Below are positions 24,956-38,115 of a DNA stretch of 64,000 nucleotides, piece after piece. Source of the DNA: Eledone cirrhosa (Eukaryota); contig OZ024743.1 in the NCBI GenBank assembly GCA_964016885.1, positions 369,706,001 to 369,770,000 on the forward strand. The letters are read 5' to 3'. The position numbers and the translations under genes were made by a program. The notes beneath the pieces are model-generated. The model saw nothing but the letters and a program-made list of their open reading frames with translations. It had not been told where the DNA came from and searched no databases. Within the stretch, counting starts at the first letter, position 1; each line of letters begins with the position of its first letter.

Positions 24956-26049
24956 GTGAGTTTTTTTACTCAAATTATTTACTAATATAATAGCCTTGTA
25001 TATTTGTCTGTAACATGCTAGAGATGACTTAAGAAGGGGGTGATGGCAACGACTGAGGAAGGAAGGGTTGTGTGTGTATATGTATAACGAATTGGCTACA
25101 CACATTGGCTGTTATAATTATGTGAGTGTTTGTGTGTGTTTGTGTAAATTTTATTTATATATATTTGTGTGAGTGAATATGTGTGTTTGTGTGTGTTTAT
25201 TTAGAAAGATACATAGACAATAGAATTTCAAACACACACGAATCTGAATATACATATATATATAAACAGACACACTTCAAAAAATTATTATTACATACAC
25301 ACACATCTATGTGATTACTGGAGAAAAGTGGGGTGAGAAACTAGAAGTCCAGTGTTCTAAGATTCAGCACAGCTGTGTTTGTATGTTTGTATCAAACAAA
25401 CATCTCTTTTTTTATATTATGCTATTTTTGACAGCACGAGGCCAGCTAGTTTGATATATTTTACTTATTCACAAATTAAACAAATTTACAAATTATTCGA
25501 TATATTGGTGTTAGGAATGGCATCCAGCCATAGAAACAAAGCCACATTAGTAAGACATTCTTGAAACATACAAAACAGTACTATGGTTGCAAACCATTAA
25601 AAATTATTCTAATGCAGCAAATTTTCACAAAAATCTGATCAGAGTAAAGATACTGTAAACATATGAATTAACAAACTCAGATTTTAGATATTGTCTGCCA
25701 AACCATTACAGGATGTTAAGAGTTAAGTATGATCTATTGGATGTATAATGTTAAACTGTTTGGACATTTGAATGCAATGAAGTTGAGAGAGTGACTAAGC
25801 ACAATGTAGCCACAGTGGTTTAGACATGTAATGTGTATGGATGATACATGACTGGTGAAACATATTTAGTTGATCAGAAATGTAGATCAAGCAAGACATG
25901 GGGTAGTACAGGAAAACTTGAGAATATTGGCTGCATGGAAAAAGTCTAAGTAAAACTTCTACTGGAAGTGTTGAAGTGTATATGAATTAACAGTTGATAA
26001 GTTCAAGAGAGGCAGATCAGTTATTATAGCATTTGTAGGTCCTTTCAGA

Positions 26050-27507
26050 TTGGTGAGCATGATGTATAACTGGTACAGCAGTATGATCGTAAATTGCTAG
26101 AAGTCAAAGGGGATGCCCAAGAAAGGAGCAAATATATAGGAATAAAACTAATGGACCAAGTTATGAAAGCAAGGAAAAGAGTTATAGTGCAACTAATTAG
26201 AGAAAGAGTAAAAATAGATGAAATGCAGTTTGGTTTCATGCCTGGGGAAAAGTACTACAGATGCCCTACAAGAAGTAACTACAAGAAAAGTTCTTAGCCA
26301 AAAATAAGCCACTATACCTAGCTTTCATTAACCTAGAAAAAGCATTTGACAAAGTACCCCAACCTATTATCTGGTGGTCCTAAAGGAAATTTGGTGTAGA
26401 AGAGTAGTTGGTGAGAGCAGTGCAAGTCATGTACCAAGGAGCTGTCAGCAAAGTGAGAGTAGGAAATGAGTTTAGTGAGGAATTCAAGATGCAAGTAGGA
26501 GTTCATCAAGGTTTGGTTCTTAGCTCATTACTATTCATTATAGTTCTCCATGCTATAACAGGGGAGTTTAAGACCAGTTGCCCATGGGAACTTCTCTATG
26601 CAGATGATTTGGTCCTTATAGCCAAATTCATTAAAGATCTAGAAAATAAGTTCCAACTATGGAAACAGAATCAAAAGACCTGAGAGTGAACTTCGCCAAA
26701 ACTAAAGTGCTAGTGAGTAGGAGAGAAGATAGGACCCCGATTCCTTCAGGGAAGTGGCCCTGCCCAATGTGTAGGAAGGAGAGTTGGCATAAACTCCATA
26801 CGATGTACACAGTGTAAATCTTGGGTACACAGGAGATGTAGTGAGATAAAGGATTTGGTAGAAGATGCACAGGGGGAAAACCAAGTGGAAGATAGGCAGT
26901 GATGTAAGCCTATTCCAGTTACAGGAAGGACTCATAGAAGTGTTTGATAGCTTCTGCTATCTGGGCAACGTAAATAGCAATGGAGGAGGGTGCTCTGAGA
27001 GCATAACAGCTAGAATAAGGATGGGATGGAAAAAGTTCTGAGACCTACTCTTACTGTTGACAACAAAAGGTTTCTTCCTACGTACAAAAGGACATCTGTA
27101 TGATACCTGTATGCGAAGTGCAATAACATGGGCTGTGACTGCTGAGGATGTGTGTAGACTGGAGAGAAATGAAGCAACCATGCTCTCTTGAATGTGCAAT
27201 GTAAGTGTGAGAGAAAGGCAGAGCTTGGTCGAGTTAAGGGAGAAGCTAGGTTTAAGAGGAATCTGATGTGGTGTGCAGGAGAGAAGACTGCATTGGTATG
27301 GACAATGCTCATTGGGTGAAGAAGTACCAAGGAATACCGAGAAAGACCTGGGCATAGGTTGTGAGAGCTGACCTCAAATGACTGAGACTCCCAGAGGTGA
27401 TGACAAAGGATTGTGACATGTGGAGAGATACCATGCTGAGAAGGACCCGTCCAACCCATGCAAGCGGGGAAAATGCGGATGTTAAAATGATGATGATGAT
27501 GATGATG
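26050..27507 (+). mobile_element. RTE-clade LINE relic in the receptor intron
   Basis: IDEMQFGFMPG...LEKAFDKVP...VGVHQGLVLSSLLF...ELLYADDLVL; 3' end atgcggatgttaaa(atg)n. Confidence 0.92.
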
Positions 27508-29341
27508 CCCAGTGTGAACATCTATAGAATGTCTGCAGAAAAAAAATGTGTGTAAGCTGAGCCATCTTGTCTAAACACTTGCAACTGAATGAACTTTGCT
27601 AATAGCATTCAAGGACCATAAATGAAGAAATCTCACATGTGTTTTAACTTTGTTTTGATAGAGGAGTGGGAGAATCGCTTACGAAACATTAATCTATTTG
27701 AGAGAAAGATGAAAGTTGTGAAGTTAATTCATTTAGCTATCACATGAAACTGTATTAGTAAGACATTTTTGAAAAGTACAAAACAGCACAATGACTGCAT
27801 CATGTTAAAAATTAAAGTCTTTACTCTAATACTGCTAATTTTCACAATAATCTGTCCTCGAGGAAAGATTCTATAACATTTGAATTAACAAACCTGTTTT
27901 TAAATATTTTCTACTAAATCATTACTGGATTTTAAGAATTAAAGATGGCTTAATTGTAATATTTCCAGCATAGACTGTTGTCTACCTTACTGCCATCAGA
28001 TTACAGGGTATAAATATAGTCAGAGTAGAAGGTACAGGTGGAGTCAGCATAGTTTCAGATATTTTAGCTTGTCTCTTTACAAAGTGCTCCCCTTGCCACC
28101 ATTTGAGTGGGGTAACACGTACTCTCAGTAACACCTGCGATTAATTTATGCCAAGTTCAAATTTTTTCTTTCATTCCTTGCTTCAATTAAACAATTGCTA
28201 GTCATATATATATATAACTGCTTCCACATACATTTGTCATTTTATGCCAATGTAAGAAATCACTATCACACAAATCAACCTATTGTATGTTTGTCATTAA
28301 TCATTGTTTGTTAATTGTCATTACTGCTCTTATAGTTTTCTCCCTTCAAATTGAGCTGCAATTTGTTTTTCATTTTACTAAGTTTTATATTTAGCTCTAT
28401 GTGCTATCTTTGTAAAGGGCCTTTGCAATCTTATATGGTGGTGAATCCCATAGCCCTAAGTATCATAGGGGCTCTACTGAAGACTTTTCACATAATGTAT
28501 TTTGCATTTGTGCCCAGTCTATCCCTCTCTCAACTACACCTAATTATTGTTGATGTTAAGTCACAGGTCAACCCTGATCAAATAGACATATAACTAACCA
28601 AAGTCATTCCAATCATAACCAAGAATATTTAAAAAAAGCTACACAATCTAATATGCCCTTTTTTTAAAGATGGTATGAGGATATATTTCTAAGGAAATGT
28701 TTGCTTCTATTGGGTGAGTGGAAAGAAGCTCCCTATCGAAAATTACTTATAACTTTTGGTATACTGTAACCACTTGGGACAACATCAATGACCTCACATT
28801 CATGCACAATGGGGCCCCTCATCATTTTGCACACTTTGTCCATGACTAGCTTGACATCCAACTTTTTGGATGTTGGCTGGATCATTGAGGTCCAAATGAA
28901 TGGCCAGCAAGAAACCCTGACTTAACGTCATGCAGGGGTGGGTAAAAGACGTTTATAGCTCAAAAACAAAACCTCAATTGGAGGAATGCATTTGTCATGT
29001 ACTGACCTACATACTGCCTGAGTTTCTGGTGAAGTCTGTCAAGGATATACAGATGATTACAAACACCAGTGGATAACACTGGTGTCTATGTAGAATTTTA
29101 ACACTGTACTTCTACTATTATACTGTTCAAAACAAAACATGTTTTATAAAAATCAACCAATAATTAAGAAAGTTATTCACAATTTCAAATAGGGAGTTTC
29201 TTTCCACCCACTCTTTATATTTAACACCAACTTCCCTTCTATCTTCCTAGTCTTCTCCATCTCTCTGTATTATATAATGATAATAGCAATTATATGAAAC
29301 TTAATACAGGAATCCCTTCTCTCTCTGTTTCTTTTTGCCAG

Positions 29342-29447
29342 GCTTTGGATGGTAAAAATAGTGCCTCAGAACTTATGTGGAGACAGTTTCTAACAAACAT
29401 GGTGCCTGAGATTACAAATGTTGTCCAGTTCTGCAAGCGACTACCTG
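29342..29447 (+). CDS. Nuclear receptor exon B (LBD helix 3)
   Basis: Polypyrimidine tract and gccag|GCT; translates ALDGKNSASELMWRQFLTNMVPEITNVVQFCKRLP; donor G|gtaagt. Phases 0/1 fit both neighbours. Confidence 0.95.
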
Positions 29448-30423
29448 GTAAGTAATTTTAACATAATTTCTCTGTCAACTGTCTTTTGTTTTATATCTTT
29501 TCAATCTCTAACATACCTGTCAGTCCATCAATTCATCCATCTTACATATAACCTCATTAGTACTTGTTACACAATAACATGTACCTAGTCCACATTGGGA
29601 AGTAGTTGGTGATAGAAAAAACATACTGGACATGTTGGACCTATCCAACTCCAGTTAGCATAGAAAAAAATGGATGTGGAAATGATTATGAGGTTTTTGT
29701 ATACAATTTACATTCTACTTAGTGTGTTCACTCAGTTAATGTTTGATTATTTTGTTGTCCAGTTCTACATAAAACACATACATTAATGTATATGTATGTG
29801 TGTTTATATCTATATCATCATTTTTATGAATGTGTGTCTGTACATGTAAAGGCACATAACTTATGGTTAGGGCATTCAGCTCACAATCATGAGGTCATGA
29901 GTTCAATGTCTAAAAAGATGTTGTGTCCTTGAGGAAGGTACTTTAATTCATATTGCTCCAGGCCACTCAGCTGACAAAAAGGAGTTGTATCTGTAATTCA
30001 AAAGAACAACCTTGTCACATTGAATCTCCCTGAAAACTATATTAAGGGGACACATGTCTATGGAATGTTCAGCCACTTGCATGTTAATTTCACAAGCAGG
30101 CTGTTCCATTGATTGAATCAACTGGAATAATCATTGCCAGAACTGAGAGATGTCCAATATGTGGCATCTTATCCATGAGGTTGTTTGTCACACAGTTTTA
30201 GTGGAACACTCAACTGACAGATGTCCTACATATGGCATCTTATACATGAGGTTATTTGTCACATAGTTTTAATGTTGCCATGAAACTGAAGCTAAATATC
30301 ACCTCACTTCAAAGCCCCTGGCTTAGGGAACACTCAGGTGTTTTCAATTTTTCAACAGCACATCTATACAGACTGAAGCCAGGGTGAAGTACAACTAGAG
30401 AGTTGAGGGTAGGGAGGGGTATA

Positions 30424-31586
30424 GCTGAAAGCAGGGTGTGGCATAGCAGGAGAAAGCTGAAAGTAGGGTGTGGCATAGCAGGAGAGAGCTGAAAGTAGGG
30501 TGTGGCATAGCAGGAGAGAGCTGAAAGTAGGGTGTAGCATAGCAGGAGAGAGCTGAAAGTAGGGTGTGGCATAGTAGGAGAGAGCTGAAAGTAGGGTGTG
30601 GCATAGTAGGAGAGAGCTGAAAGTAGGGTGTGGCATAGCAGGAGAGAGCTGAAAGTAGGGTGTGGCATAGCAGGAGAGAGCTGAAAGTAGGGTGTGGCAT
30701 AGCAGGAGAGAGCTGAAAGTAGGGTGTGGCATAGCAGGAGAGAGCTGAAAGTAGGGTGTGGCATAGCAGGAGAGAGCTGAAAGTAGGGTGTGGCATAGTA
30801 GGAGAGAGCTGAAAGTAGGGTGTGGCATAGTAGGAGAGAGCTGAAAGTAGGGTGTGGCATAGCAGGAGAGAGCTGAAAGTAGGGTGTGGCATAGCAGGAG
30901 AGAGCTGAAAGTAGGGTGTAGCATAGCAGGAGAGAGCTGAAAGTAGGGTGTGGCATAGCAGGAGAGAGCTGAAAGTAGGGTGTGGCATAGTAGGAGAGAG
31001 CTGAAAGTAGGGTGTAGCATAGCAGGAGAGAGCTGAAAGTAGGGTGTGGCATAGCAGGAGAAAGCTGAAAGTAGGGTGTGGCATAGCAGGAGAGAGCTGA
31101 AAGTAGGGTGTGGCATAGCAGGAGAAAGCTGAAAGTAGGGTGTGGCATAGCAGGAGAAAGCTGAAAGTAGGGTGTGGCATAGCAGGAGAAAGCTGAAAGT
31201 AGGGTGTGGCATAGCAGGAGAGAGCTGAAAGTAGGGTGTGGCATAGCAGGAGAAAGCTGAAAGTAGAGTGTGGCATAGCAGGAGAGAGCTGAAAGTAGGG
31301 TGTGGCATAGCAGGAGAAAGCTGAAAGTAGGGTGTGGCATAGCAGGAGAGAGCTGAAAGTAGGGTGTGGCATAGTAGGAGAGAGCTGAAAGTAGGGTGTG
31401 GCATAGCAGGAGAAAGCTGAAAGTAGGGTGTGGCATAGCAGGAGAAAGCTGAAAGTAGGGTGTGGCATAGCAGGAGAGAGCTGAAAGTAGGGTGTGGCAT
31501 AGCAGGAGAAAGCTGAAAGTAGGGTGTGGCATAGCAGGAGAGAGCTGAAAGTAGGGTGTGGCATAGCAGGAGAGAGCTGAAAGTAG
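30424..31586. repeat. 32-bp minisatellite, ~36 copies
   Basis: Unit gctgaaagtagggtgtggcatagcaggagaga with few variants. Confidence 0.98.
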
Positions 31587-31653
31587 ACAAAAATGTGAGA
31601 AATTCACATTAACTTTTTTATTTTACTTATTTGCTCTACCCTTTTTCTTGCAG

Positions 31654-31795
31654 GTTTCTCCGAAATTGACCAAGAGGACCAAATCAAGTTGATCAAGCAA
31701 GGAACGTTTGAGGTGATGTTAGCAAGATTTTGTAAGCTTGTTGACCACCATAATTATACCATGTTTGATCCTGAGATGAAGATGCAATGTCCAAG
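31654..31795 (+). CDS. Nuclear receptor exon C (LBD signature, helices 4-5)
   Basis: ttgcag|GT; translates GFSEIDQEDQIKLIKQGTFEVMLARFCKLVDHHNYTMFDPEMKMQCPR, completing the F(A/C)KxLPGFxxxxxxDQIxL signature; donor AG|gtaaa. Confidence 0.96.
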
Positions 31796-32185
31796 GTAAA
31801 ATGATTTTTAATCTGCTGTGTGTGATGATGTATGTGTATGTTACTGAAACTTAAAACATATATCTAGTATGCATTACTGAAATTTAAAACATGTTATATA
31901 CTTGTATGTGTTCTAAGACCTGGGTAGTGATCATTGTAGAGATTGGTAAAATGTATGTCTGCTTAAATTTCTTGAAAAAGTATTTAAAGTGGTTAGCAAT
32001 CCAGTATTTTCAGTCAATGCAGCTAATGTACATTTTTGTTTTGTCTATTTCAGTGAACTTTATTTAATATTTTATTCACATCTTCTCCATTCCAGCTGTT
32101 GTAATCAAGGATTATGTAATTTATTCTTATCTTTTCCAATCCAGTTGTAATCAATGATTGTAATTCATTAATTTATTATTTTTAG

Positions 32186-32316
32186 AGAAGTTATCCGAGA
32201 AATGCCATTAGGAAAGTTTCTTGAAGAATTCTTCTTCATGGCAGAAACCTTTAACCCACTGAATTTATCTGATCAGGAAATCGGTCTCTTTACAGCTGTT
32301 TTGATAATTTGTCCAG
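32186..32316 (+). CDS. Nuclear receptor exon D (helices 7-8)
   Basis: tttag|A; translates EVIREMPLGKFLEEFFFMAETFNPLNLSDQEIGLFTAVLIICP; donor G|gtaat. Confidence 0.95.
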
Positions 32317-33934
32317 GTAATATCACACATTTTACTTATAGCTTCTTATTGATTACATCTACACACTTGTGCAGATCCATGCATCTTGTCTGACTTACTG
32401 TCATCATCACCATCACCACCATCATCATCAACATTTAACATGTTTGCTAGCAATGGATGGATGAGTCTTCAACAGACCAAGTCAGTACTTTAAGTGAAGC
32501 TACTAATCTCTCAGATGGATTGGGACCTGTATATTGCTGACAAATGATCCCATGTCCTACTTAGTTCAGCAGATATTTATTTGTATTTGAGTAATAACAT
32601 AGTTTTTGATTTGCTTTGAAATTTATAACATTTCTATTGAGTTGTGTGTTTGATGTTTACCAACTATACTACTGAGAAGTGTGAGATTTACACCTTGCTT
32701 TAACATATAGGTTTCTAGTATGGATCATTGGAATATGACAAAATGCATTGCATTATTTGTTCAGGCCCTCTGAGTTCAAGTCTTAACATGATTAAGTTTG
32801 CCTTCCTTTCGGTGCTAAAGGTGGTGGATTGATAGAATCGTTAGAGCATTGGGCAAAGATGCTTTGCTGTATTTGTTCCACTTCTTTGTATTCTCTGGCT
32901 GCAGATTTAATATGTTGTCCAATTTTACACCACCATCTAGTCATTTGGTATCTTTAGTGGAGTTAACTCTGTTATGAACATTTAGGCTAGATCTTTCTTT
33001 TAAGGATAGACTTCTCTCCTTGAAAAAAAAAAAAAAAAGAAGTTTGCAGATAATGTGTCCTATTTCTGAATTGTACAGTGTAAACTTCTAAATACCAGGA
33101 CATATGAATAAATTAAGCTAAAAAAAACAAGCCCTGTTTCTTACTATTTAAATATTTTCCATCCAAACCTGCATTGTCATGGCTTTCAAACTTCGAATTT
33201 CTTAACATATTTCTAATGAAAGACACTGCCTATAATTTTAAAAGATAATCAAGGATTTGGAGAAATTTAGTAAAATAACTTTCTCCTTATCTAGTGTTTG
33301 ACACATCACTTTGCAAATGTTCTTACATAATATTACAAGACTTTAAAACAAAGTTTTGTATCATAGAACCAGTGATAGTTTCAGGGTAATAAATTATAAT
33401 TTGAACGTAATAAATTATAATTTACTGTGATATGAGAAGTAATCTATTGTACACTGAAATAAATCTTTGTTTTTGTTCATATAATCAACATTTGTTAATC
33501 ATCAACTAGTTCTAACTAAGCCACGGTTTTTAGTTGAATAATTGTTTCTACTTTTGGAGGAGGGGAGAGTTGATTAAATTGACTCCAGTATGTTACTGGT
33601 ACTTTATTTTATTGACACTGTAAGGATGAAAGGCTAAGCTAACCTTGAAGGGATTTGAAATCAGAACGCAAGGGGGCATAACTCTATAGCACAAAACGTC
33701 TGATGCCTACTGCTAACTGCCAATCCACTGCACTCTTTTAGTATAATAATGATAGAAATTTTCTGAGCATTTCAGTTGTTATTATTATCAGAAAAGCAAA
33801 ATTGTCAGATATTTGTGACATGGCACATAGCTATTACTCAATGTTATGAGAAGCTAGTTTGTCTGTATTTACAAACGTAGTCCCTAATACTGGTAGAACT
33901 TACATTACTGTAGCAACTTATTTCTACATGTTGA

Positions 33935-34140
33935 TCCGGTGCCACAACAATGAAAGCACCCAGTCCATCCTGTAAGGTGGGCATGTTAGTGACACTAGAA
34001 AAAGCTCCCAGCTCACCCTGTAAGATGGTCATGTTGGTGACACAACAAAATGTGCCCAGTCCACCTTGTAAGGTGGTTGTCATGTTTACATGATAAAAAG
34101 AACCCAGTCGTTTTGGTGCCACGATAAAAAGCACCCAGTC
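33935..34140. repeat. Degenerate ~40-bp tandem repeats within a retroposon relic
   Basis: Recurring (g)cacccagtccaccctgtaaggtgg...tgacac. Confidence 0.6.
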
Positions 34141-34499
34141 TAAGAAGGACATCCAGTTGTAGAAACTAAGCCAAAATATAGCTATATATGAGTAAGACAT
34201 GGTCTGGACCTGACTTGTCTTATGACAATATTATTTGTTTCATTATTTCTTCTCTGTGAGGTGTGTATGTTCCAGTTGTGTCACAATCATTTTATAAATT
34301 GCCTATTTTATGAGAAAACAATACTCTATGGTCATTGATATAGCTTCATAGCTAAAGATAATGAACTCTAGAATCAAACAATTTTAGATAGGATTCATTA
34401 TTTTGAGTAATAGAGAAAATTTCTCAAATGACAATGATATAAGTTTTGATATTCCTCCCTAATAATGCTTCTAATTATCTGGACTTTTGAGTCTATTAA

Positions 34500-34861
34500 C
34501 TCTTAACATCCTGCACTTAAACCACATTAGCAAGACATTCTTAAAAGTACAAAACAGCATTATGACTGCATCACATTAAAAATCAAAGTTTTTAGTCTGA
34601 TACTGCAAATTTTCGCAATGATCTGCCCTGTAGTAAACATCCTATAATCATTTGAATTAACAAACTACTTGAAACCACATTAGTAAGACATTCTTAAAAA
34701 GTACAAAACAGCATTATAACTGCATCACATTAAAAATTTGTCTTTATTCTAATACTCTAAATTTTCCCAATGATCTATCCACTAGTCAAGTTACTATAAA
34801 CATTTGTATAACAAACCTATTTTAAAATATTTTCTAGTAAATCATTACAGGATGTTAAGAG
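34500..34861. mobile_element. TTAA-flanked MITE (piggyBac-like) with internal duplication
   Basis: TTAA|ctcttaacatcctg...caggatgttaagag|TTAA. Related copies at ~25535-25725, ~27755-27942 and ~40253-40511. Confidence 0.8.
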
Positions 34862-35092
34862 TTAAATGAAATTTTTTAAAATGTTTGTTTTTATCTATTT
34901 CTTTTTATGTCTATATTTCAAAACTGTGTTTGCAAATAGTTAACATAATTTAGCTTGGAGTTTATTAGCTTCGTTTTCTTCAATTTCATTTTTTAATATT
35001 GTTCAATCAACACTTATTGTTTGGTTGATTTGAAAATCAGTTTAAAATAAATATAACCAAATTTATTTAAATGAGTAAATTTTGTTTTTCAG

Positions 35093-35185
35093 ATCGTCAA
35101 AATCTTTCTGGAGTTAAAGCAGTCACTAAAATACAAGGACTCTTTCTACAGGCATTATATAATGAACTGAAATCCAATCATAAAG
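35093..35185 (+). CDS. Nuclear receptor exon E (helix 9)
   Basis: tttcag|AT; translates DRQNLSGVKAVTKIQGLFLQALYNELKSNHK, with the conserved PDR motif spanning the junction; donor G|gtaac. Confidence 0.95.
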
Positions 35186-35814
35186 GTAACATTTTTCTAT
35201 TTACCTTGTATACTCATATATAAGCCAAGAGATATGTGAGCCCCCCAAAAAATCAATTGTAAAATGGGTGATTCGGCTTATAATCGATTTTAACCAACTT
35301 CAAATTCTATATAAATAAAGTACTATAATATTTTTATTTTTGATGTTTTGTATGATTATGGTCTTCTAAATAGTCAGAAATTAGTAAAAAAAATCATTAT
35401 GGAATGGAGTTGTGAAACAAAACCTATACTCTAAACAACACTTAAAACATTTTGAATATTAAAATATTAAAACTCCATAAATATATTCCCCACTCATGAA
35501 AATTTCAAAACAATGCCATCTAAACATAATGTGTTGATTACCTGCCTTGACTTATTCATGGGGTTTGGATTTTGGCCCATTTCTCTGACATAAAATCAGG
35601 GGTAATATTCTGGTCAGCTAATATTCTGGTCAATTTATATTTGAGTATACTCTGTACTTTCTTATGAAAATTTAAATTTCTGCTAATAATTTAAACCTAA
35701 TGTCATATTTTACCTATAACAAAACAATTTGGCCTATATTTTTCGTTGTGTTATTGTATACTTTAGAATGTCATTTTAATTTATTTAGGGTTGGAGTATT
35801 ATTATAACATTATT

Positions 35815-36000
35815 TGTGGATTGGCAGTATCGGTAGAGGGTCGGACGCCATGCTTTCTAGCATAGTTACGTCCCTTTACGATCTGAGTTCAAATCCCGCC
35901 GAGGTTGACTTTGCCTTTCATCCTTACGGGGTCGATAAAATAAAGTACCAGTAATGAACTGGGTAATTGCTGGCCTTGTGCCTAAAGTAGAAACAATTAT
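35815..36000 (+). mobile_element. tRNA-derived SINE, family B (representative copy)
   Basis: tggcagtatcggtaga...gagttcaaatccc...gcctttcatccttacggggtcgataaaataaagtaccag. Plus-strand copies at 15210-15393, 15400-15583, 18015-18205, 41310-41510 and 63520-64000; minus-strand copies at 11860-12050, 18215-18360 and 33550-33730. Confidence 0.88.
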
Positions 36001-36793
36001 TTAAGGACTTTCCAAAAATAGTTTTCATACTTTTGTATTTATGCTTAACCCTTTCATTACCATATTTATAATGAAAGATACTGCTTATAACTTTCAAATC
36101 ATTTTGAAGAATTTAGTAATATAATTTTCTCATTATTAATCTGGTATTTGGAGTTTCACTTGAAGATTCTTATATTAAATTATGATGGAAGATTTTTAGA
36201 TAAATATAAACATTGTAAAATAGAAGCTTTGTATTACAGTTTCAGGCAGTTTGGTATAAAAAAGGTTCAAGTTTTTATTTTATTTATTTTTTTGTTTTAG
36301 CTTCATTTTTTACTTTAATTTAAATCTAGCAGTTTAGTATTTGCTGAAAGTTAACTTCCTACATTAAGATTTAATCAGTTGTCTCTTTAGCTGTGATTGG
36401 TGAGTGTTTGTAGCTTTAAAGTCCATTATTCTTTCTCGAGTTGATCTTTTGTTAATACTTGGAGTGGGGGTGGGGCTTTGTTGAACTGAAAGTTTATTAG
36501 TTACTTATAGCTCACATCTTAAATAAATGTATTTTTTCTTCTTAAAAAATGTTTTTGAATATAAAGAATGAAGTGCTGATGCATGGAGATGCTATAAAAT
36601 AGCTTATAAAATAATTTATAACATCTCTGTGCATGAATACATCATTCTTTAGATTAACTTTATCTTCTCAGTGCTTTGCCAAAGTCTGAGAGATTGGCTT
36701 CAAATAAAAACATTTCTTTTTTTTTAACATTTGACTTATCACATATTTCTCATTTTTGTGTATTTAAAAAAAAAATGTTTCTTTTTCTTCTAG

Positions 36794-36954
36794 ATTATGA
36801 TAGTTTGTTCAATAACCTAATTCGAACAATACCAATGTTTCGAGAGTTTAATCACCAACATGCCATGTCACTCAACAATATCCGCATGAGGTCCATACAG
36901 AGCCAATTTGATTTCCCTGAATTACACAAAGAAGTTTTTGATTACAAAGTGTAA
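36794..36954 (+). CDS. Nuclear receptor terminal coding exon (helices 10-12, stop)
   Basis: ttctag|AT; translates DYDSLFNNLIRTIPMFREFNHQHAMSLNNIRMRSIQSQFDFPELHKEVFDYKV*. Confidence 0.95.
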
Positions 36955-37646
36955 TTACAACCTAGAAACACACAGCCTTGTCTTCGTGTTCGCATGAATG
37001 GCAGAACGAGAACAGTTGGACTTGGTGTGAAATACAAATAGTAAAAGGAATGTAGAGAGATGCCGTTAAACTGCCAGAATCTTCTGTGAAATCATTTGCA
37101 CTAATCACTCACTCTGTGCATGAAAAGGACCCTGTTAACCTATTTGGAAGAGAGGTTTCTTATTTTGTTGATTTGATGTTCAGAATGGTATATAATTCAG
37201 GTGGACTGATAGACTGACAAAACACACACACACAATTGACCAGCAAACTGGCTTTAAGTATTGTATTATAAAAGACATTTTTATGTTAATTTTTTTTAAT
37301 TGTTTTCCTCCCTCTTTTTATTCTATTACCCTCATGTGTTATTCTTTCCCCAACAGATTGCAGATAAAGCCAGTAGCCATATATGTATTCACAGTTGATT
37401 TGTTTGATTCATAGAATCACAAGGTGTATGTATTTCTTTATAGTTGTGTGTATATGTGTGAGCATAAATGTGTATTCACCTCCGCGTGAATGTAAATGAG
37501 AGAGTATGTGTTTGTATGATTTGTAGACAACACACACACATACACCTCTTCTGAAAACTCATTTTACGTGAATACTTGCAGCAAAAGACTTTAACATTAC
37601 AAACCACAAGAGAGCCTAAGATCAGTCATTCCGTTAATAAAACTAC

Positions 37647-37760
37647 CATATGGTAATTCACTGCCAACTGATATTGTTGCCAGACTCTGTATACGGCATT
37701 GACTACTATATGGTAATTCACTGCCAACTGATATTGTTACCAGAATCTGTATACTGCAAT
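37647..37760. repeat. 60-bp tandem duplication in the putative 3' UTR
   Basis: tggtaattcactgccaactgatattgtt at 37651 and 37711. Confidence 0.9.
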
Positions 37761-38079
37761 GGCCAGTTGCAGAATTGATATGAAAAGCCTCAATATTTAA
37801 GATGTCATCATTGTTTTCAATATTTTTCATTAATGATTTTTTTAAAACGTTTTTTTTTTTCCCCACTTCCATTTTGGGCTGATCAGTTCTGTTCTTGGCT
37901 ACAATTTTTTTTCTATTGATAAGTGGTGATTTTTTTTTGGTCTGTTTTCAAATGCTTTTTTTTTTCCTCCATATTTTATTATTATTACGACTACTTCAAC
38001 TACTAAATTACAAAAGATAAATAACTTGTCTTATTAGCTGGAAACTGAATGCAACTAACACATTTTAAATTATATATGC

Positions 38080-38115
<36 letters not shown>

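Noticed and set aside
22001-31586. CRISPR-like appearance of the 40-bp and 32-bp arrays
   Set aside because: Head-to-tail units without unique spacers, in a eukaryotic intron, with no cas genes.
30424-31586. AAAGTAGGGTG as an autoregulatory RORE/RevRE array
   Set aside because: The required AGGTCA half-site is absent.
30309-31607. Three ~400-aa minus-strand ORFs
   Set aside because: Artefact of the stop-free 32-bp minisatellite; all three frames give the same 32-aa cycle.
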